A stretch of 57,237 bases of DNA, filler included, from Sphacelaria rigidula (taxonomy: Eukaryota), in NCBI GenBank assembly GCA_964200075.2. It is 6 parts of 6 records of this genome, joined end to end, with 100 filler letters (N's around TTAATTAATTAA, not from the genome) between each part and the next. Parts side by side here need not be neighbours in the genome. Positions count along the whole stretch, not along the records: positions 9,558 to 19,014 come from CAXNAA020008454.1; positions 19,115 to 28,570 come from CAXNAA020008455.1; 4 more parts are not named here. The stretch is one strand, 5' to 3'. The notes beneath the pieces were generated by a model that had not been told where the DNA came from, ran no database searches, and worked only from the letters and a program-made list of their open reading frames with translations. The first letter of the stretch is position 1; every line of letters begins with the position of its first letter. A program made the translations under genes and the position numbers. This document shows, one piece after another, positions 11,746-24,958 of this stretch.

Positions 11746-13543
11746 GACCAAGCCCCACGTTTATATTCGGATGGATACTTTCCAGTCTTTCCGCGCTCGG
11801 CGCCAACCATGTTGGAGGTACAACTCGTCAGCGTTTGGGAGGGAAAGATGCCATGATGTTGCTTTCTCATTTCGTGGCTCCTCCACCAACAGGTACGACG
11901 GGAAAATAAACGGCTCTTATCAAACACATGATAGTGTCGTCTACTGTAGCGCATCTCTCCCTCGAAGCAGCGCATGCATTTTGCGGTCAAGATGTATTCT
12001 TCGCGGCAGGCCTTGCGCTGCACGGTGTGTCATTGCTTCACGTGGTATTCCATAGCTGATTGAGAACATGTAACAATGCTTGTTTCACGGTTAGTCCAAA
12101 GTTTGTTTCACGAGTTCGTATCACCAAATCCACGATTTCTTCGGCCTGATTGCCCAAAAGGGAGAAAACAGTTGACCGCTNNNNNNNNNNACGCAACTTT
12201 TGCGCTATTCCACGTGTCTGGGCTGCGTGTACCTGAGTTGCAACGCTGAAAATAAAACCTAGGGATTGATTCGTACGATTTGAATCAATTACACCAAAAC
12301 CACGTAATGTCCGGACGAATCATTGATTTGTCCGACCCTTGGTTTGTTTCACCATAATAATATTGGATCAGGTGTTTACATCCTACTGCCATACGCGGCA
12401 GTGGAGCGTCATAGCGCGACCACGCCACCGCATGCCAGTACAGTCCCTGCGACGGCTATCGAGGTACTGTTGTAGGTGACGGAGTATGACACATATGACA
12501 CCATGCCCCAGCGCGTGCGATATATTTCTCCACCTGAACATGGCGTCGAGTTGTATCACAGGATGGTCAAAGGAAAATCAAACTTGTTTCATGAGGGGAA
12601 TCGCAGACATACTGTACTACTGCTTGCACTTGCCACCAACAACACACTCAAGACAAAACGTTCGCTCTACTGAATCTCGAAAAAGAAAGGCGCTGCGTGA
12701 TGAACGATCCACGACACGAGAGCACAAGGTCGTCTATAATCCCTCAAAACTGGACAAGTTATAAAAAGTGTATGTCCACCCGGATGGACACACACTTGGA
12801 TCAAGACAGATATACACCATCACACAGTGGTTTCTGACCCATCCCCCTCCCACCGCCACATTTCACTTTTCCGAAACTGTCAGATCAACGAACCGTAGTT
12901 GTTTCAATGTTGGGAATCCAAACTTTGAAAAAAACGATTTTCCCCTTCCCCCCCCTGGGGGGAGGGAAGCACTTTATGTGTTTTGTCGTTGCCCTTAGAC
13001 CCCCCCCATCTCTGGAGTAGAGGTGGGCACGGTTGAAAAAAGAAGTAGCTGTGACCGGTTGTTGGAAAGCCTAGCAGACGCTAACCGGTTTCGTTCCTGA
13101 AGAAAAAAAATCCAGTTCACCGGTGCACCGATTCAAGCGAGAGAGGAGACGTTATTCCGGCGGTTGGGCTGGTTAAACTGGTTGACCCGTTCAAATGCGG
13201 CCACGCTTGGCAGTAAAATAGGAGTCTTTCGCCAAGAGGTGTCGTGTACTGGTGTTCGAGTGACAATGTTACACAGAGTAATATAGACAGCGCATTTTTC
13301 AGTCAACACGAGTGGGTGAATTTCTGTTTCTTCTGAAGATCTGCTTTAGTTTAATCAGGAAGAGTACTGTCATGATGTTGGCGTACACAAGAAGTTTGGC
13401 CTGGCCGTCGATGTTTCTTTATACTTTCATTCATAGACTGGAATCACACGCATCTCAGAACAAACGCCAACCGAAGGTCTGCAGAAAGAAGATTTCTGGA
13501 CACGTAGGCCCCAAGATCGAGAATTTGAGTTTTTAGAGGGGGG

Positions 13544-13612
13544 CGTAATCATTTGTTGCTTGCCTCAGTCGTTTGACCATTGACCACGCATTTCTTTCGA
13601 GACGGAGAGTAC
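13544..13612 (-). mobile_element. LINE 3' end (family A) between G-runs
   Basis: Reverse complement of the family A tail, with G-runs on both sides. Confidence 0.75.
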
Positions 13613-13784
13613 GGGGGGGGGGGGGGGGGGGGGCCCCCCCCCGGGTGAACCCGGGAAGGGGGGGGGGGGGGGGAGGGGGGTAATGTCGGGGGNNNNNNNN
13701 NNGTGCTGGTTTTGCTGCGGGGTTTTGGTTGGGGGCCCTCGGGTGCGGCGGGTGTTGGGGGGGTGATTGGGGCGCCATCCAGCC

Positions 13785-14680
13785 AGCTGTCCCCTAGTTT
13801 ATTGCCGAGGCGTTGGCGGATGCGGCCAGCTGCCGTGTACAGAGATCCTTGGCATGGAGACCGATGAGATGGCGGACACGCCGCCTCCCCAAGCTCATCA
13901 CTTATTATGATTACACTCATGGGATCATGTTCCGTGTCGTGTTTTGCCTCGAGTATCTACCAGTAATCCGGGCAAGTTTGGCGAGGCGTGAGATAATGTT
14001 GATACTTCACACGCGGCCATTCGGCTACCCCCAAAATACTCTGTTCCGGTCAACTTTTCGAGCCTCTAGACGAATTAAACGCCTCTATAGGGTGCGCGGC
14101 CCTCCAGAGGGGTGGGATCGAACGCCTCCAGAGGCTTGTTTTGCCTCTGGAGGGCCGCGCACCCTCTGGAGGAACTTGGAGGATGCGCAGCCCTCCAGAG
14201 CATCTTTTTTGTTACTCTCGAGGGATTCAGACCTCAGAAGTCACTGGAGGATCAGATGGCCTCCAGATAATTCATTTTATGACCGGAACTGAGTATGAAA
14301 CATCGAAACACTCTCTAGAAGGTATTTTTACCCTCCGGAGGGTCACTTTACTCTGGAAAGGATGAAAATCGCGATAGAGGATGTTTATGGGGGTAGCCGA
14401 ATGGCCGCGTGTGTTTGGCTATAGCCTGTCGCTACCGTGCGCTCGTATGCATACATGTGTGTGAGTGTGGTCGGCGTCTGAGGTCATCGGGACAGAGCAG
14501 GCAAGCAGCAGAAGCAAATATACGAACCTTGCAAACCCCATCAGACTTTTCGGTTTTCGTCAGTGTTTCTTGATCGATTTTTTTAACAATATTAACAAAC
14601 AAAAATCATGAGAAATTTCGAAAATTGCCCCCAGGGAGGGCGGGGGGGCTCCGTGTCTGAAGATCTTCTCCCGGCAAACC
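13785..14680 (+). repeat. Interspersed repeat homologous to 31525-32030, interrupted by the 14008-14413 MITE
   Basis: tgtcccctagtttattgccgaggcgttggcg...gagataatgttg, then ctgtcgctaccg...ttcgaaaattgccc, are shared between the two contigs. Confidence 0.8.
14008..14413. mobile_element. EnSpm/CMC-like MITE (CAC...GTG termini, 2-bp TT TSD)
   Basis: TIR cacacgcggccattcggctacccc / ggggtagccgaatggccgcgtgtg, with many ccctccagagg subterminal repeats. The paralogous site at about 31775 lacks the insertion. Confidence 0.8.
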
Positions 14681-15232
14681 CTCGGCCAAACACTTCTGTT
14701 TCTCGAGTTCTCACTTTTTCAACAATGGAAATCAGACATATCTCGAAACAAACGCCAAACGCTTTTCGCTGGAAATCGAATCCTCATTTTTCCGGCCTGA
14801 GGACTTTCGGTTGTACCATTAGACAACCCGGGCACGGCGGCATGAGTGACCGAAGAAATCACCCTAATTGAATACTCACAGAAGTATGCCCGTCGCCTGT
14901 CGCACTACTTGAAATAGTATGGGATTTATTTATTCATCTTGGCGATGCACGACGCTCGGTAGGTCTGTAGTTGACGCCACAGAGACAACCAACTCCGACA
15001 TAGACTCACAGTTGAGGCTCGGTAGTGAAGAAACGAATGTGGCAAGGGAACGGCGAACGTGTAGCCATGCAGCTGCGGCCTACAGGAGAGGAACACAGCA
15101 GCAGCAAGCAGCAGCAACAGCTGCGGATGTGCTGTAATCGACCTCACTTTTTTGCAGACTTTTTTGTAACCTACCATTTCTCATTTCTCATCCGTTGAGC
15201 TCGTGTTGTGTTCGTTTCACATCGATAGTTTT

Positions 15233-16442
15233 TAGGCTTTAGTTCCGTATGCGCGCATAAAGTTTAGCTTAATTTCGTTTTTTTTAGCTTAAATAGGCCT
15301 GTTTAGCGCAGAGCTTATAATCGGCTTATAACGCGCATAAAGTTACGATATTGTTTCGCTCGCAAGTGCTCCATGTGGCGTAACTCGCCACCAGACAGGC
15401 TGACAGGCGTCAGGCTTCGGGCTCCAACGCTCAATACTTCAAATTTCCATGGTCATGTTCCGTGTTCCTATTTTGTTGCGGGTCTGATGAGCAGACTGCT
15501 CCAGTTTATATTTAATACACACCTTACTATGTTGCTGTCAAAAATGTGACAAGATACTAAATAAGTAATACACTTGCAATTTTTACAGCAGACAGCAGAC
15601 AGCAGACATCAGTAGTAACATCAGCACCAACAGAGAGAAGTGATAACGAGCGATAGCAGCGTTTGTAACTCACGAGGTCATGGCGGGCCTGCTGTCCGAG
15701 AAGGACGACTTTTTGGTCGCGGCCTCAGGCGCGCACTCGGAGTACGGTTTGCTGTCGTTATGACATGACAACAAGAACAGGCTTCCCAGTTGGTATCTCG
15801 TGACGATGGATATTGTACTTATCGAGCCATCGTCCGCGTCTACAGAGGGAGTGTTTTCGATCTTGACGGGGTGCTTGAACTCCCGGCAGGAGAAGACGTT
15901 ACGTGACCCGATCAAATCCTCCGTAGTTATGATGAAGTACAATCGGTACCTGTAATTCGACAAGATTTTCAATTTCGACTGACCGTAGATGACGCGGGGG
16001 GCGTGGTGGTAGCTTGTAGCTTGCCGGGCGAGGGGGCAAAGGCTGCAATGCCCGGTGTCTAGAGGCTACAATAATGCCGTACTGCTGTATCAAGTATCGT
16101 AAGTGTAGTGACGTTTGTTGTTTCCTTACGTGGGTTAGGGTGTAGGTGTGCAGGTTGTGGTCTCCGAACTCAAAAACTGAAAAAAAGCTTCACTTTTTAA
16201 TCATAAATGTTCAACAAAACTTCGAATGCCCAACTTGCCGTCTTGTCCTCATGCTAGAAGGCGCGCCTCGTGAGGGGAAATTCCCACAACGCCACAACAA
16301 GGGCGGGGATAAGGCGCACAATTTGCGCCTAATTTGCCCTAAAAAAGCTTAAAATGGGGCTTAAAAAACAAAAAAAAACATATATAAAAAATAAGTGGAG
16401 CTTAATTTCATGAAAAAAACACGCATACGGAACTAAAGCCTA
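15233..16442 (+). mobile_element. Non-autonomous hAT deletion derivative
   Basis: TIR taggctttagttccgtatgcg / cgcatacggaactaaagccta; 8-bp TSD atagtttt/atagttgt; internal transposase remnant. Confidence 0.88.
15668..15946 (+). pseudogene. hAT transposase C-terminal dimerisation domain remnant
   Basis: Translates LLSL*HDNKNRLPSWYLVTMDIVLIEPSSASTEGVFSIL...MKYNR, matching hATC-type P.w...psSA.xERvFS, with an in-frame stop. Confidence 0.8.
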
Positions 16443-16549
16443 ATAGTTGTTGTCGAATATGGGATCCTTGCACTCTCATCTGTACGTCCCCTTCGATCAG
16501 AGTTGGACGTCGGGATCCAACTTTTCTTTGCTAACTACGTAGGTTTCCA

Positions 16550-17080
16550 TCTAGTGCACTTGCATTTTGCTTTATAGTGCCCGCATGGGCATAGTTGGAA
16601 CAAAAAAAAGCGGTGGGCACGTCAGGATATTTGCTAGCCTTTCGCGTGGTTTTGCGGCACTGCTCGTAGATATTTCAGTAACTGTTACGTAGCGGTGTTT
16701 CGTTTTATATTCTGCATGCTTTCTTCGGATTTTGACTCGAAGAGGGACTAGAAATGATGCCGATTCACAAAAACAGATATCGCCAATGGGTTCCAAAAGG
16801 ATTGAGGGCATTTCCACAAAAATACCTCCTTCTTGGCAAAATCATCACCTCCACATGTACCCGCGAGGTCATCACGCACTACGCCGTGCCTCGCCTGTTA
16901 ACTCTCACCCGCGCACAGGGACATATTCTTAACAACAGCTTTCACCTACGCTATCTTCTTCTTCATCCACTTTTCACCGCCGTCGATTAGTCTCGCTCGC
17001 GATTCGGGCTCCCGCGCCCACTGGGGGCGCGGGGGCCCTTCAGTGCCCTACTGTGGTTCTAATCTACAGGGGGGGACTAG
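16550..17080 (+). mobile_element. Putative non-autonomous Helitron
   Basis: A|TCTAG 5' end and CTAG|T 3' end. GC-rich hairpins (gggctcccgcgccc-actg-ggggcgcgggggccc; ccctactgtgg...ctacagggggg) precede the 3' end. No TSD. Confidence 0.45.
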
Positions 17081-18874
17081 TTACCCCGCTTGAACAAACC
17101 ACGCACTACATGCATGTATGCTACCGTGCTGTCTTCACATGAGGTTATGGCAGAATAAAGTCACCCGCTCCCCCTTTCCCCCTTTTCCACTCTCATACAT
17201 GGTGAACTGTTGGGCCCAAGCGGGGGAGTGATACCTTTCCTTCACTTTGTAGAACCCCTTTTGCTGGGGGTGTATGCTACATATGAGAAGCTGAGACGCG
17301 ACTACTGTACAAGAGGTGGAGTACCTTTCCAACGACCGTCGATTTTCCTTGGAATTTTCACCTGGTTCGGCATTCTCGTTCACATATATCCAGTGTCGTT
17401 TGTTTTGTCCCGTGGAAGTGCGCTCCGCTGTTACTGTATCACACCACCACGAGTTCTAAGGCGAACCCTACATCGTAGGTGGTGCGATCGGAAGCTCTAA
17501 GCTCTAACTTCCCAACAGCTACCTGAAGTCCGCAAGAGTTGAGTGACATATTTTGCAAACCGGTCCTTTTCAGCCGCTCTGCTTTTCAGCCGCTTTGCCT
17601 CTGTCGCTACACATCGTGATGAGACTCGGTTGATGAAATACTCTGCTGCTGTGTCCCGTACATCGCAAATCTTCTACAAGTTCAATGGATTCTGCAATAA
17701 TAGCTGAGCGAGCCAGCTCGAGACATTAGTTTGCCGTGTTAACAAAGCAGCAGCGACCTATTCAAAGATTGCACAAGAAGTGCGACCCTATCAGCAATCA
17801 ATCAACTGTTGTTCCATCTGGATGTGTGATGCCATCATGCTTTCCGCCGGATCAAAATAGATGGTAAAGTCTACGAGAGCCGATACATGTGATGTGCGTC
17901 TCGTGCATCACAAAACACTACCGCAACAAGAGCTACACTAACCTTATCACCCCTCGCAGATTTCCACCTTGCAGTCTCCTCGAATGCGCCTTCCCACGAA
18001 CGTGTGGCGCACTGTACTGACGCGTATGCAGTAGACCCACCGGCCTGCAATCCGCAGGCGGGTATTGTGTGTTGTTGGACCCAGCTGTCTCCAAACGGTC
18101 TTCTTCCAGAGTTGGCATTTTCACGAATTTTACAAGATTTTTCTCACATGTCTCCATCTTACCGAGCAGTCCTGGCGACCATTCTGCGGACCCACGCTCA
18201 ATATCTGGCTGTCCCGCCACTCGGCTCCAACACACAACAGAAATACAGTAGCAACAACTACAACGACCACTGCAACCGCAACATGACGCTTACGCCCCAC
18301 GACGGTCACATGCAACACGAAGCGAAGGCCAAGATGAACCTCGAAGGCGAGCAGTGCGGTGATAGCATTATCCTGTGGTCAGCCGCGAGTTGTTCATCTT
18401 CTTTCGGGAGTACCACGAGATAAAATTCAAGACCGTGATTATGCTACTAGCTTCGCCCTCACCCGCTTGCGGTGCCAAGCGGTGCATTGTTTGGGCCTTC
18501 GTCTGCTACTAAAAGATGATAATGACAAGCAGCAGAAGAGAGCTCGATCACGACAAGGTCCATCTAGACTGAAACATGATGGCGTCTGGATGAAGAAGGT
18601 GGCGAGAGGCCCGATATCTACGTGGCCCTGCTCGCTGCATCGCAGAGCATTAACGAGAGGAATGCTTCGATGGTTGATGGTTGATATTCTCATTACTCAT
18701 TACCCTTCTTTTTTGTTCTTAGTTCGACACAACAGATCGCTCCCTTTTTTTGTTATTAGGGCGTGTCTTCGTGTGGGAGATATCTCTTTGCAGTGACATA
18801 TCAGAGACTGATGTCACACTTGTATACAGACCCAGCGCAAGCAGGGACGAGGTAGGAACGTTCCTGAAGGACCA

Positions 18875-19014
18875 CACACGCGGCCATTCGGCTACACCCC
18901 AAAATGCCTCCGGAGGGATGCGCGGCCCTCCAGGGGGAAAACAAGCCTCCGGAGGCCTTCCATCCCTGTAGAGGAGACCAAACTCTACCGACCCGGAGGG
19001 CCGCGCACCCCTCC
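18875..19014. mobile_element. Second copy of the EnSpm-like MITE, cut by contig end
   Basis: Starts cacacgcggccattcggctac, as at 14008. Confidence 0.8.
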
Positions 19015-19114
19015 NNNNNNNNNNNNNNNNNNNNNNNNNNNNNNNNNNNNNNNNNNNNTTAATTAATTAANNNNNNNNNNNNNNNNNNNNNNNNNNNNNN
19101 NNNNNNNNNNNNNN

Positions 19115-19179
19115 TCACTGATTGACCGCTTTTCACTCTCAATCGTATGATCTACTCTCAATCTCACGAAAACACTGTT
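19115..19179 (+). mobile_element. Right end of AAC...GTT MITE family A at contig start
   Basis: Nearly identical to positions 1-64. Confidence 0.8.
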
Positions 19180-19369
19180 AGGTGTAATGTGGCTCCCCTT
19201 CTAGGAGGGTACTACCCAAAATTACATAAAAAGCAGATGCCTAGTATATCCCGACCCCCAAACGTTGTGATCAACCGCGTGCTGGGATGAGCGGTGGCAC
19301 GCGAAAAAACATTAAAAAAACCCGACTACGAAAAAATCACAAAAACCTTCTACCTCAGATGAACACTAT

Positions 19370-20510
19370 TACGGTGAAATTATGCGACGCTGAAACCCCA
19401 TATCAACGAAACATCACGATTTGAGTGTAATTTGACCCCGTTGTACCCGTGTTCAAATCTGTCTTTTCCGTTAGATTCCCGAGCTGATGGCGGTTACTAC
19501 AATTTGAAGCATGTGGAGTTTGAGTATAAATTGGGCTTGGAATTCTTGTTTTCAATCACAGAACAATTCGGAGGGCGCTGATTGGTCCAGGTATACCTTT
19601 TCGCTCCCAGCGCCACCAGTATGGCCTTGAACACAAATCTGGTTGTCACGCTCTTCAGCTGTCCATAGCGGTTAGTATGTATCACGTATGCGGCTATTGG
19701 GTATGTATTGCGAAAGGCATTTGCTGATAGCACAATTTTGGGTGATGAGCGTGAACCAGCCTGTAACAAGATCTAGTATGAAGACGTTTTTTGGGGTATA
19801 TTTAACGTCAAGGCTAAACAAACTGTACGGGGTTTTCGAGTTTTTTTACTTAACTTTGTACAGATGTTCCTTGGACTACCCCCGGACCCATAATTGTTTT
19901 CTGCCTTTGAGGTATTCTGTACCGCCTTTCGAGGGTCTTTACGCTGGGACCCCCGGAAGCCGGTAGAGAATGGGCGAACTTTGAAACATTGTCAAAAAAA
20001 CAATGTATCTATTCGGAGCATTAACACCACCTGCGAAACTGCCAAGTTTGAGGGTGATCTGAGCTTTTCTATAACAGGCACAAGGGATACCGTCATAAGG
20101 CTCCCTGCATCTTTCGTGCGTATCATCAGTGGAAATGAGACGACGTCGAACTCCCACATCACCGAGACACCACGGTCCCGGGTATTGTTCGACCCCGTTG
20201 TAATCGTCTCCAAATCTGTTAGAATCCCGAGCTGATGGTGGTTCTACGATCTGAATCATATAGACATTGAATGAACAGTGGACTTTTTTGGTATTCGTAC
20301 TTTTGATTTCAAAAGAATTTAAAGGGCGCTAATTAGTCGAGGTCCCATTTCGCCCTTAACACCACCACCATGACCTTGAACACAAACAACACGGCTATGT
20401 CAAGCTCTTCAGCTCTGCGTGGCCGTGAGTATGATGTCATGTATGCGGCTATTCAGTAGGTATTGCAAAAGTCACTTTGCTGATGACACTATTTTGGTTC
20501 ATGAGCGTGA
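19370..20510 (+). repeat. About 1.5 tandem units of a ~760-bp repeat
   Basis: 19370-19770 recurs at about 20130-20510; the unit is homologous to 11060-11745. Confidence 0.7.
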
Positions 20511-21143
20511 ATCAAAATGGTGTACAAACTTCTGAAGGCAACTATTCGTGTTTCACGCCAAACTAGATTCTAGTAGCTCTTCATACAATAGTATCACCGA
20601 CGTTGGGGAGTTCTGATCCAGTCCGCGATACCGAAAGATCAGGCAAGTAGGGGGCAAAAGAATGGGCGATCCCTTGAGACTGAACTCATCCCGAAGGAAG
20701 GAAAGGAGATAAGAGTGTTATGGTGATACAAATTCACAAAGTTGGGTTCGAAGTGAAGGACACAGAGGTATACACCGCCAACATGGGATTGGCGTATACA
20801 CCGAATACATAAATATGAACTCTAGATTTATCAAATACGTCATGTTTGGGGTCAACAGGTCAAATGCTGCCGTATCAATCAAGTCCTATTGAAGTAGATT
20901 GGAGGTCAGGACAAAAAAGAGGCGTGTACTTCGGAGCTCCGGGTGTTGATATCTACCAGCAATATTTCACGCTGGGAACGGCGGTTAGAACTTGGGGATA
21001 TAGTTGAAAACTTCATCCACTCGTTTATTCTCCACCCCCTAAAAGAGAGAAGACAATATCATGCCAAACACTTTTAGGCCCATGTGCCTCACATCCCGTA
21101 TGCTGGGATCGTCAGAGCAGCCCGTTTACCGTCGTCGACAACA

Positions 21144-21587
21144 AACACGGGATCTTACAAATTGGGGATGGACCTTTTATCGGGGATGAGAAACCCGGAG
21201 AATTAAAATCTTCGTATCCACACCAAATATTCGAAATATGGTTCCACTTTTTCACCTGCTGATAACTATTGGCAACTGCTGCACGCCAGAGAATTTTGGA
21301 TTTTGATCACCGAAATGTTGGGGTCCTAGGGGAGGAACCAACTTCGGAACCATTTTGGCGTCCCTTCGGACACCCGAAATTCCCCAAAAACGTTTTTTGA
21401 CCTAGGACCCCAACATTTCGGTGATCGAAATCCAAATTTCTATGGCGTGCAGCAGTTGTCAAAAGCTATCAGTAGGTGAAGAAATGGAGTCATATTTCGA
21501 ACATTTGATGTGGATACGACGATTTTAGTTTTCCGGGTTTCTCATCCCCAATGAAAGATCCATCCTCAATTTGTAAGATCCCGTGTT
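21144..21587. mobile_element. Fold-back MITE family B (AACACGGG...CCCGTGTT, ~185-bp TIRs, 4-bp TSD AACA)
   Basis: Long inverted arms around a ~70-bp core; aaca on both sides; second copy at 39510-39933. Confidence 0.88.
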
Positions 21588-23704
21588 AACAGCCCAGAAC
21601 AAACAAAATAAAAATGGACAACATTCGCGAGAACGATCACAAGCGGCGGGAGTTCCCAACTGCTCGATGTGCTCGGTTTTGTTTGATGTTGACATATATG
21701 CAGATTTTGCCTTCCCAAACCAGCCGCTGTTTCTGGTGGGGGCTATCGCGCCATCAGCCGGAAGGGGTCGGTGATCCTCTTGTTGTTCTAGCAGGATCGG
21801 TTCGAGATCAGTATTTATTTGTGCAACTTCTCTCCCCCCACCTATTATCCATTCCTTCACCTTCTGTATATGTATTTGCCTTAGCGGTTGCTTTTTCGTG
21901 CACGCTGTACTTCAGTTTGAATTCAGTCTGTTCCTTTTGTCCATCTTCATCCCCCCCTCCTACCTTCTCGAGCTTCGAACAGCAAGTCATGATGTTTCTA
22001 TTTGTCCTTTTGTACGTCTATATTGTGACTACGACTGCATCTCTAAGGGATTTTCTCATGTGCAACACAACAATCAATCCATCGACAACTCAATAATTCA
22101 CTCTGTAATATCCTAGGAATATAGTGATGCCGATCGGCACTACAACACTGAACAAGGGACGCCTGAACACCATCCGATGGAGGGAGAGTCGAACATTAAC
22201 TTCGTGCTGCGGCTCTGACAACCGGACCAATGTACTCCCTCTGCACGTACTACGGCGGATGGAGTATAACCTTACGCGTGTGATACAAAGCCCCAAACGT
22301 GGAGCTTGGCAGCTTGCGGCATGTACGCAACAACGACCATCGACCAGCTCCTCTGGGAGCAACCTCGTCCTTAAAAGCCAACACGGTTGTGCGGGGTACA
22401 CACAGTAAGAGTTTGGGTTGGAGGGGGAGCGGGGGAACGGGAAACAGCGAACGCCATTTCACAATACCTGTAGTACGCGGTATCATTTTGTGCTAATGTC
22501 AGTGAATGTAGACTGCCCAAAACTTAACACTGGGTATAAAATCACGTCATTAACTGGTAATACGATGATGACAAAGTGAAGTAAAAAACAGCAAGGGTCT
22601 TTTCCGCCCTCCTTCTTCTCGCCCCCGACGATTATCCTCGACTGCAAGACGCGCGCCACTGAAAGGTCGCCATGATTCCGCGCCCTTTCGTGGATATTTC
22701 AACATAAACCACCTTGGCACACCTGTACCAGCACCACGAAACGCAAGGCCTCGCTCCACTCAGTACTCAACTCAACTCAACTAATATTCACTTTTTCTCA
22801 GCTGCGCCATCATCATAGTAGTGCTTGTACCACCCTCCCCTACACCAATCTCAACCAGTCACCCCCCTCTTCACGCCCTCCGCCCCCCGTCCCCCCGCCC
22901 CCAGTAGCCCTCTCCGCACGACTGCAATGAGCAATAACATCTAAACTGAGACCTTTCATCAGCCTTCCTCCAGTCTGTCCGTGCATTTCCCTAACCCTAA
23001 CCCTAAGAGTGTACGGTTTCTCAATTTGACCTCCTCCTCGGGGACGTTCCTCGACCTCATGAAAGCCGCGACCAAAGAAACACTTACCCGCCCCTTCGCA
23101 GATATTACAGTATGAAGTACGTTAACGCCGTTATTTCATCATTGCCAACAGTCTTTGCTCCACTTGATGCTCAACTCCACCCACACGGACCTCTTCTCAC
23201 CCTGTACCGTCGTCACAGTAAAACATTTTGTACCACATTCCTCTGAATAAATCCCAACCAGCAGCCGCCTTCCCTTACCCACCCGCAGTCCGCGCGCGTG
23301 ACTATAATGAGCAAGAACACCTAGAATGCGCTTTCTTCGCCGACTCCCTCCCGTCTCCCCTCGCACCCCTCCATCTGACAACCCTATTTTTCCTCGCCAA
23401 ATAAGTGGTCGAAACTATTATTATTGTACAAGGCACCATGTCTCCCTCTTTGCTGGATCATACACACACATATATATATATATACACACACACATGTATA
23501 CCAAAGAGACTCCCGCAAATTCTACGGAATTTTGCTTGGTGACAAAATGGGGCAAAAACAAATCCCGAGACTACCCTGATTTGACGGATCGTTGATTCCC
23601 CTCGGCAGCTGTGATACGCAAGATGTCCTTCACTCAACAATACACCAAAAAACTATGTGCTGTTGTTTGGGTCCCTCGCCATCCACATTATCCGTTCAAG
23701 AAGA

Positions 23705-24958
23705 CTAAAAAATAGGCTTGCTGAAAAAGCTCAGGCTAGCGACGGTTCCGTCCCCGTTTTCTGCCACGTACGGCAGGCCGACGACACCCTGCTGACTGGA
23801 GAGATTCCTTGGCATTGCACACAGTCTCGGAGGTGGTGAGCGGAGTTTAGTGCAATCGGAGCCGGTGGGTCGACCGAAGTCTGACGGAAGACGACCGCAC
23901 AGAGCCAGGTCGGGCGGCGGACCAACAAATGACATGATTGGGCCGGATGGAAGACGACCGCACAAAGCCAGGTCGGGCGGCGGACCAACAAAGGACATGA
24001 TTGGGCCGGATCGGGGAGGCGACTGTACAAACCCAGAGGGGGGGGGGCAGGGGATGCTACATTGGTTTGAAGTAGTTGCGCGCGAGAGTGATCCCATAGC
24101 AGCGCGCCCCTCTTTCCCAACTCTTGGCCCTTCTCCTAGTATCCCGTCCAAACTAGGAGTCGACGTCAACGAACGCGTTCCACCGATACTCGTCGTCTCC
24201 GAACGTGCAGACGCATCTCGACTATGTTTTTCTGCACGCCAACGCCATGCTTGTGCCCTAGGCGGGAACACTCTCGTCGCGGGTAAAAGAGGTTCGATCG
24301 CTACACTTGAAGACATTGTTGAGGGGGAGACACCTGCACAATCTTCCTCTGCAGCGCCAGCCGTACAGTTCTCCATCGGGTTGCAAAACCACCCATGCTC
24401 TGCCTTTACTATCATGCGGTTGCTCGTGACGGGCACATGCGCAACTTCCTCCACACTGTCCCGAAACGGAGTCGAAGATCCCTGCCTTTTTCTCTGCTTC
24501 GCAACAGATGACAACCTTGGCAGCTTGCGGGAGTAGTCACCGTGTGGGCCGATGCGGCACCTCAGAGCCGAGGGGATAAATCCGAGGAACCTCGAGACAT
24601 GTGTTGGAGGAGTAACCTGAGGGCTCACCGGCTGTTCCTCGTTGCTATCCTCGTTGTTTCCCCGTGTTAGTGGCACAGGATCAAGTCTGATACTGTCTGC
24701 ATGCGTAACATCATGGGAAGGCCCTCCACCCCCCAGGGACACCGCAGACGCCGGTACATTCTCACCATCATCTTCGGCGATCGCTGGCAACCGTGCACTA
24801 CGGCTTCCGGCTGAAAGGGAGCTGTAGGTAGCTGAAGGGCTGGCGGACGCGGGTAACTGTACCTTAGTGCGGAGATGCTCAAGGTGATCGCGCAGCTCTG
24901 ACAGGCTTGGCCTGTCTGCCGGGTCTGGCTTGAGCGAAGATCCGAGCAACTCGCACAC
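23705..24958 (-). CDS. Protein kinase-like gene, terminal exon (end of kinase C-lobe plus long Ser/Pro-rich tail)
   Basis: 417-codon open frame after acceptor cgttag|. It begins VCELLGSSLKPDPADRPSLSELRDHLE, resembling kinase subdomain XI (dP..RPs..el). Confidence 0.7.
   Translation of the reverse strand: MCELLGSSLKPDPADRPSLSELRDHLEHLRTKVQLPASASPSATYSSLSAGSRSARLPAIAEDDGENVPASAVSLGGGGPSHDVTHADSIRLDPVPLTRGNNEDSNEEQPVSPQVTPPTHVSRFLGFIPSALRCRIGPHGDYSRKLPRLSSVAKQRKRQGSSTPFRDSVEEVAHVPVTSNRMIVKAEHGWFCNPMENCTAGAAEEDCAGVSPSTMSSSVAIEPLLPATRVFPPRAQAWRWRAEKHSRDASARSETTSIGGTRSLTSTPSLDGILGEGPRVGKEGRAAMGSLSRATTSNQCSIPCPPPSGFVQSPPRSGPIMSFVGPPPDLALCGRLPSGPIMSFVGPPPDLALCGRLPSDFGRPTGSDCTKLRSPPPRLCAMPRNLSSQQGVVGLPYVAENGDGTVASLSFFSKPIF
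23886..24011. repeat. In-frame 63-bp tandem duplication (SGPIMSFVGPPPDLALCGRLP x2)
   Basis: Two adjacent, near-identical 63-bp units encoding the same 21 aa. Confidence 0.9.

Noticed and set aside
13612..13702. G-quadruplex cluster or Pro-rich ORF
   Set aside because: Long G homopolymers next to an N gap; sequence quality is doubtful.
20780..21120. LINE reverse transcriptase fragment (…NTFRPMCLTS…)
   Set aside because: Only one short motif resembles NYRPISL, and the frame is full of stops; too weak to call.
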